From contig CAWJTV010000039.1 in NCBI GenBank assembly GCA_963845755.1, positions 352,001 through 416,000 of the forward strand: a stretch of DNA of 64,000 nt. Reading direction: 5' to 3'. Numbering within the stretch: position 1 is the first letter of the stretch; every line of letters begins with the position of its first letter. The stretch comes from an uncultured Planctomycetota bacterium. Lineage in GTDB: Bacteria; Planctomycetota; Planctomycetia; Isosphaerales; Isosphaeraceae. Positions 57,732-64,000 of the stretch are shown here, one piece after another. Below the pieces are notes generated by a model that worked only from the letters and a program-made list of their open reading frames with translations, made no database searches and was not told the DNA's origin. Position numbers and translations under genes: made by a program.

Positions 57732-60700
57732 ATGTCTTCCTTAAACCCCAATTCTCGCCCCAGGCGCCTGTTCCGGCTGAGGGATGGCCTCGGGAACACC
57801 GACCGGTCGCGGACCCGCCGCAGCTCCCGTCTCGGACTGGAGCCGCTGGAAGACCGCGTCGTCCTGAGCAATTACACGGTCACGAACGTCGACTACAGCG
57901 GCACCGGCAGCCTGGGCGCCGCCATCGCGGCCGCCGTCACCAGTGATGATTCGCATGCTCAGATCGATTTCAGCTTGCCCGACAACTCGACGATCGCGCT
58001 GACGGCCAGCGACGCGGATGCGAGCAGCACCTACGGCCCGACGGCGTACGTCGTCTCGGGGAGCGGCGTCCATATCACGATCGACGGGTCGGGCTCACCG
58101 GGTCTGACGATCGACGGATCGGGCGCGATCCGCGTGTTCGCGGTGACCAGCCCGGCCTCGCTGACGCTGGAAGACCTGACGGTCTCGGGTGGCCTGGCCC
58201 AGGGCTTCAACGGCGGCGACAGCTATCATGGTGGCGGCGGTGGCGGCGGCGCGGGCTTGGGCGGGGCGGTCTACGACGACGGCGGTTCCTTCACGGCGGA
58301 GGGCGTCACGTTCACCAACGACGTCGCCCGCGGCGGGAACGGCGGGAATGCCGGCGATGGCGAAGGGGGTAGCGGCGGCGGCGGAGGTGGACTCAGCGGC
58401 GCCGGCCAGAGCGGGAGCGCCGGCGGGATTGGTGGGATCAACAGCGGCGGTGACGGTGGCAGCGGCAACGACGATGACGATGGCGATGACGGCGCCAATG
58501 GCGGCTTCGGCGGCGGTGGTGGCGGTGGGGGTTCTGGCTCCGAAGGCGCCGGCGGCGCCGGCGGCGCCGGCGGTTTCGGCGGCGGTGGCGGTGGTGGCGG
58601 TAGCGGGGAATCCCCTGGCAGAGACGGCTTCGGCGGCATCGGTGGCGGTAAGGGTGGCAGCGGATCGATTGACTCGGGCGGAGGGGGAGGAGGAGGCGCC
58701 GGACTCGGCGGCGGCATCTTCAGCAATGGCGGCTCACTCACCCTCGTGAACGACACCTTCACCGGCGACACCGCGCAAGGAGGGGCCGGCGGCACCTCCA
58801 TTACAGCCAGGGCAGTGGATATGGCGGCACCGTCTTCGCCCTCAACGGCACCTTCAACGCCACCTTCGACACGTTCAGCAGCAACATCGCCCAGGACGGC
58901 GCCGGCAACGTCCTCGATAGCACCGATATCTACATCCTCACCGGCTCGGTAGACTCCGGTGACTATGGTGGCGGCACGTTCGATGGCACCTTCGAAGATG
59001 ACATCTTCGGCCAGAGCAACGCCACCACCGCGGATATCGTCATCCCTGATGAGGTCAACACAGACGTCGTCCCTGACGAGGCCCTCCCCGGTTCAGGGTT
59101 CAGCGTGACTGCCCAATACGACCTGGTCAGCAACAACAGCCCACCAGCGGGGGAGGGGGCTACCGACGGCCTACCCACCGACGGGCCAGGCATGCTCATC
59201 GGCGTTGATCCCATCCTCTGTGGCCTGCGCTCCAATGGCGGGCCGACGCCGACGATGGCCCTGATGTCCAACAGCCCGGCCCTCGCCGCGGGCATCACGG
59301 CCGACGACCCGGTCACGGGCAACCCGACCACCACCGACCAGCGCGGTTACATCCGTGCGGCCACGCCCGACATCGGGGCCTACGGGGGCACCCAGGCCAC
59401 CTCGACCCTCCCGACGGTCACCGGCCTGAACCCGACCGATGGTCCGCAATCCGGCGGCACCTCGGTGACGATCACCGGCACCGGCTTCGCCACCGATACG
59501 GCGGTGGACTTCGACACCACGCCGGCGACCGACGTCAAAGTGGTCAGCGACACGACCATCACGGCCGACAGCCCGGCCGGTACCGGAGTCGTCGACGTGA
59601 CCGTGGTCACCCCGGGAGGCACCTCGGCTACCTCAACCGTCGATCAGTTCACCTACCTCGCCGCGCCCACGATCACGATCCGCCCGAGTGTCTCTGGACC
59701 TGGGTACGACCACGGTGGGGATGGCCGGGACGGAGCAGAGCTACACGATCTGTGGTGCGAACCTGACCGCCAACGTCACCGTCACCGCGCCAACGGGTGT
59801 CGAACTGTCCGACGACGAGGGCACCACGTGGAATTCCTCACTGACGCTGACCGAGAGCGACGGCACGCTGAACCGGACGACGATCGAGGCGCAGGATCGA
59901 CGCCTCGGCGGCGGCGGGCAGCCTTACCGGCTCGGTTGCCAGTACCAGTACCGGGGCGACCACGCAGGACGTGGCCGTCACCGGGACGGTCAAACGCGAG
60001 GCGCCAAGTGGCACCCTCGTCGCCTCGATAGCGCAGTCGTCCTACGGCGAGGACGTGACGTTCACCGCCAACTTCACCGCGGCCGCGGTCGGCACGGACC
60101 CCATGACCGGGACGGTCGCCTTCTACGACGGGACCACGTATCTCGGGACCGAGCCCCTGGCCAGCACGTTTCCACCCGTCGCGGCCGACACCCGCACGGC
60201 GACCCCGTTGCTCGTCTTTCTTGGAGTCTTCGGAATCGGCCAGCCTGTCAACCTCGTCCCTGGCCGTCGGCAGCCATAGCATCACGGCGGTCTACTCGGG
60301 CAACGCCAACTATGCCACGGCTACCACGGCGCCTCCGCTCGCGTTCCCGGTGGCCCAGGCCGCGACGAAGCTCGCGCTGGTCGATTCGAGCACGGCCCAG
60401 GGGACCAGGCTCAGCGCCGATGTCGTGGCGACCACGCCCGGCACTCCCAGTGTCGTCGGCTCGGTCGCGTTCTACGTGGACAACGCGAGCTCGTCGGCAC
60501 GGAATCGGTCGCGAACAGCGTCGCGGCCCTGAATGTCGCGACGCTGTCCCCGGCGCGCACACCTTCCGCGCGGTCTTCACCGGCGGTGCGGATTTCTTGT
60601 CGAGCACGTCGCAATCGACCGTGACGGCGACGGCGACGGACCCCCCGCAAGTGGCGAAGGTGTTGCGCTTCGGGTTCCACGACCAGAAGACCTTCGTGAT

Positions 60701-61184
60701 GATCGATTTCAACGGCCCACTCGACGCGACCTCGGCCGAGGCCATCGCCAACTATACGATCGCCGGGCCAGTCGGCAAACATGGGCACAGCAGCCAGCGG
60801 ATCAAGGTCGGTTCGGCCCTCTACGACGCGGCCACCCACACCGTGACTCTGGTCCCGACCGCGCGGCTGAACATCCACAAGACCTACACGCTGACGATCA
60901 ATGGGAGGACACCCAGCGGGGTCGCCAATCCTTCGGGATTGATGCTGGACGAGGTGGGCAACGGCGTGCCTGGAAGGAACTACCTCACGTCGCTGACCTG
61001 GAGGAATCTGTCCGGGCCGGCCCACGCGCTGCCGACCCTGCATCTGGTCGATGCGGCCCGTGAGGCAAAGGCGGTTGCCAGGACCTCGATCCAGCACGCC
61101 CACACGACCGGGCACCACGCGGCCGTCAACTACCTGCTGGAGTCGGGATTGTTGCGCGTGCCGAAGCACGATGCAAGGAGTTGA
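57732..61184 (+). CDS. Secreted Gly-rich adhesin-like protein (planctomycete extracellular motif, choice-of-anchor-Q-like, IPT/TIG, Ig-like); frameshifted
   Basis: LGLEPLEDRVVLS, GSLGAAI, poly-Gly tracts, NGGPTPTMALMSNSPA...DQRG...PDIGAY, PTVTGLNPTDGPQSGGTSVTITGTGF, VGSHSITAVYSGN. Confidence 0.8.
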
Positions 61185-61419
61185 GCGGGTTCTCACAACT
61201 TCGGAGTGAATGCCGGGGCGTTATCGAGCGGGATTCCCCCCCATGAATGCGGACCTGATCACCACGCTTCGTTCGACGCGGCGTCGGTTCGGCGGATTCG
61301 AAGTTGACTCATGATGTCGGGCATCCGGCTTCCCGACTCTCCTCGTCAGGACGATTGCAAAAAACGCGAACTGCTTTCTGAAAAACGACTTGCGCACGGC
61401 TAACCCCTGCTCCTGCCGG

Positions 61420-61448
61420 TTGCATGGCGCGGCGGTTTCGGGTACAAT
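61420..61448 (+). promoter_or_regulatory. Candidate sigma70 promoter of the peroxiredoxin-kinase gene
   Basis: TTGCAT-17 bp-TACAAT about 115 bp upstream of the ATG. Confidence 0.55.
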
Positions 61449-61563
61449 CAGGGTTTCAAGGAATCCAGCCGCTCGCTGGTCTACCCATGATGGGAATGCC
61501 GGCGGTTAGGGACTGCGGCGCGGGTATCCGGACTAGCCTGTGGAGAGGTCTTTCATCCCCACC

Positions 61564-62970
61564 ATGTCAACCCTGATCGGCAACCTGGCCCCGGACTTCG
61601 ATCTCCCTTGCACGCGGTTCGCAGAACCGGGACGGGAGCGGGTCGCACTGAGTGATTATCGTGGCCGATGGCTGGTCCTGGTGTTCTACCCGCGCGACTT
61701 CTCGCTGATTTGCCCGACCGAGCTGATCGGCCTGAGCCAGCGATTCGACGAATTCGCGGCGCAGGGACTGCGCGCTACTGGGGATCAGTTGCGACTCGGT
61801 CGCCTCGCACGAGGCGCTGGATCGCGACGCCGAGGGCCAACGGTGGGCTGGGGGGATTGAACTTCCCGCTGGCGAGCGACCTGGACGGGGCGACCGCCCG
61901 GAGCTATGGCGTCTACCTGGAACGGCAGGGGGTCGCGGTTCGTGGGCTGTACATCATCGATCCGGGCGGCCTGGTGCAGTACCAGGTCGTCCATAACCTG
62001 AGCGTTGGGCGGCGGAGTCAGGAGGTCTTGCGGGTGCTCATGGCCCTCCAATCGGGCGGGTTGTGCCGCGAGGACTGGATGGCCGAGGACCCGGCCTTCG
62101 ATCCCTTCAAGGCGATCCGGCCGGGGAGCTATTTTTCCCACTACATGATCGAGGCCGAGGTCGGCTCCGGGACGTTCGCGCGGGTCTACCGGGCGCGAGA
62201 CCTCCAGCTCGATCGGCCTGTGGCTCTGAAGGTGTTCAAGCCGGATTGCCCGGTGACGCCAAGCGCCGCCCTGGCCGAGGCCCGAGCGGCGGCCGCGCTG
62301 AACCACCCGAACCTCTGCACGATCTACGCGGTGGACGACACGGCGGGCGTTCCGATCATCACGATGGAGTACATCTCCGGCCAGCCGATCAGCCAGCTCG
62401 CGCGGGAGAACCCGCTGCCTCTCGATTCGCTCCTCTCGATCGGCCGGCAGATCGCCGAGGGGATGGCTGCCGCCCACGGGGCCGGCATCGTCCATGGTGA
62501 CCTCAAGCCGGAGAACGTCCTGGTGACTGCGGAAGGGCTGGTCAAGGTGCTCGATTTCGGGCTGGCGCGTCGACTGCGCCAGAGCCCGCCGGTCGCCTCC
62601 GATGACACGGCCGATCTGGGCCTCGCCGAGCAAGGCGCCGGGCTCTTCGGCACCCCCCGGTTCCTCGCCCCCGAGCAGGTGCCGCGGCGAGCCGGCCGGC
62701 CAGGCCAGCGACGTCTTCTCGCTGGGCCTCATCCTCTACGAGCTCGCGACCGGCAAGATGGCTTTCCCTGCCGGCAATCTCCTCCGGATCCTCGACCAGA
62801 TCCGCTCGGTCGAGCCCGAGTCCCTGGCCGCCGAGGCCCCCGAGCTGTTCACCCCGCTTCTTCGTCAATTGCTTGTCGCCGACCCGGTCCAGCGCACGAT
62901 CACTATGAGGGAGGCGGCCGAGTACCTGCTCGGCGCCTCCGAGCCCCCGGCTGGGTTCTCCGCGCTCTGA
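61564..62970 (+). CDS. 2-Cys peroxiredoxin (AhpC/Prx1-type) fused to a Ser/Thr kinase domain (indels ~61768, ~61813, ~62681)
   Basis: IGNLAPDF, FYPRDFSLICPTE, GISCDS, FPLASD, RGLYIIDP, VGRRSQEVLRVL, GGLCREDW, then in the same frame VGSGTFARV, VALK, HGDLKPEN, DFG, GTPRFLAPE, SDVFSLG. Confidence 0.88.
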
Positions 62971-63096
62971 GCGAGATTCAATTGTACAGAAACGCGAGAT
63001 GCGAGATACTTCTCCAGGTCGATCATATTGGCTCCGCGACGTGAGCGGGGCGACTCTCCCGATCTCGGGACACTTCAGAGTCGGAGGGCGACGATC

Positions 63097-64000
63097 GTGC
63101 CCCATTCGAACGCCGACCGGAATTTGCTCTTCGGTGTGCTCGCCCTTCAACTGGAGCTGATCGACGCTCGCCAGTTCGCCGATGCCTGCGCGGGCTGGGC
63201 GTCGCGCAAGGAGATCGCACTGGCCGACCTCTTGACCGAGCGGGGCTGGATCACAAAGGACGACCAGGACGAGGTGGACCGGCTCCTGGAACGGAAGTTG
63301 AAGCGTCACGGCGGCGACATCCACGCCAGCCTGGCGGCGGTCACCGACGAACGGGTCCAAAGCGCGGCGGCCGAGATCACGGATCCCGATCTGAGACATT
63401 CGCTTTCCCCGCCACCACGGGCGGGCGGGCATGTGCTGATCTCCACGATCGGGCACACACCCGAGAGCCGTGAGCGGTATACCTTGACGCGGTTGCACGC
63501 CCAGGGAGGGATCGGCCAGGTCTGGCTGGCACGCGACGCCGACCTCGGCCGCGAGGTTGCGCTCAAGGAACTACGGCCCGAGCGAGCCAGCCACCCGGAA
63601 ATCTGGGCTCGCTTCCTGGAAGAGGCGCAGGATTACCGGCCAGCTCGAGCATCCCAACATCGTCCCGGTCCATGAACTGGTCACGCCCGCCGAGACGGGG
63701 AAGCCGTTCTACACCATGCGGTTTGTCAAGGGACGCACCCTGGCCGACGCGATCCAGGCTTATCACCGTGACCGCGTCGCGGGTGGCGCCGGTGCACTCG
63801 GGTTTCAGGCCCTCTTGAATGCGTTTCTCGGGGTCTGCAATGCGGTGGCCTATGCCCATTCGCGGGGGGTGATTCATCGCGACCTCAAGCCACAGAACGT
63901 CGTGCTGGGCGACTACGGCGAAGTGATCGTCCTGGATTGGGGCCTGGCCAAGCTCGTCGATCGGCCGGAGGAGACGATGACCCCGGCGGTGTCGCTCGAA
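63097..64000 (+). CDS. Ser/Thr protein kinase, 3'-truncated by window edge (frameshift ~63630)
   Basis: RBS GGAGGG; ADRNLLFGVLALQ (paralogous to the 45470 N-terminus), HAQGGIGQV, HRDLKPQN, DWG. Confidence 0.88.

Noticed and set aside
58200..58720. PE-PGRS or collagen-like gene
   Set aside because: A Gly-rich tract within a planctomycete secreted protein; no PE domain and no strict Gly-X-Y periodicity.
161..63877. Numerous long antisense and alternate-frame ORFs
   Set aside because: Expected shadow ORFs in high-GC DNA; they overlap well-supported genes and are Arg/Pro/Ala-rich without motifs.
1..64000. Defence island, retron, DGR or prophage
   Set aside because: No reverse transcriptase, integrase, defence nuclease or phage structural motifs were recognised.

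Overview
High-GC bacterial DNA with strong Planctomycetota hallmarks (Isosphaeraceae-like by inference): DUF1501, DUF1549/DUF1553, LE(P/T)LEDR secreted proteins, ECF-kinase pairs and an ECF-WD40 fusion. Single-base frameshifts interrupt many genes, including ribosomal rpmB, so they are best read as uncorrected long-read indels and CDS calls are reconstructed across them. The window holds five Hanks-type Ser/Thr kinases, two ECF sigma factors, a BlaI/M56-WD40 pair with a visible operator, two giant secreted proteins, a treZ-glgX-treY operon, korAB-like 2-oxoacid:ferredoxin oxidoreductase genes, a GH29 fucosidase, rpmF-rpmB, an intact ISKra4-type IS, an IS relic and several small palindromic repeat families. 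The most notable items are (1) a 2-Cys peroxiredoxin fused in frame to a Ser/Thr kinase, a candidate peroxide-sensing kinase; (2) a ~150-bp heptamer/GANTC-rich asymmetric element found singly and as a 5-copy tandem array; (3) a 120-bp MITE inserted in frame in a kinase gene; and (4) a giant YD-repeat protein with an internal AT-richer helical cassette after a DPxGL-like motif.
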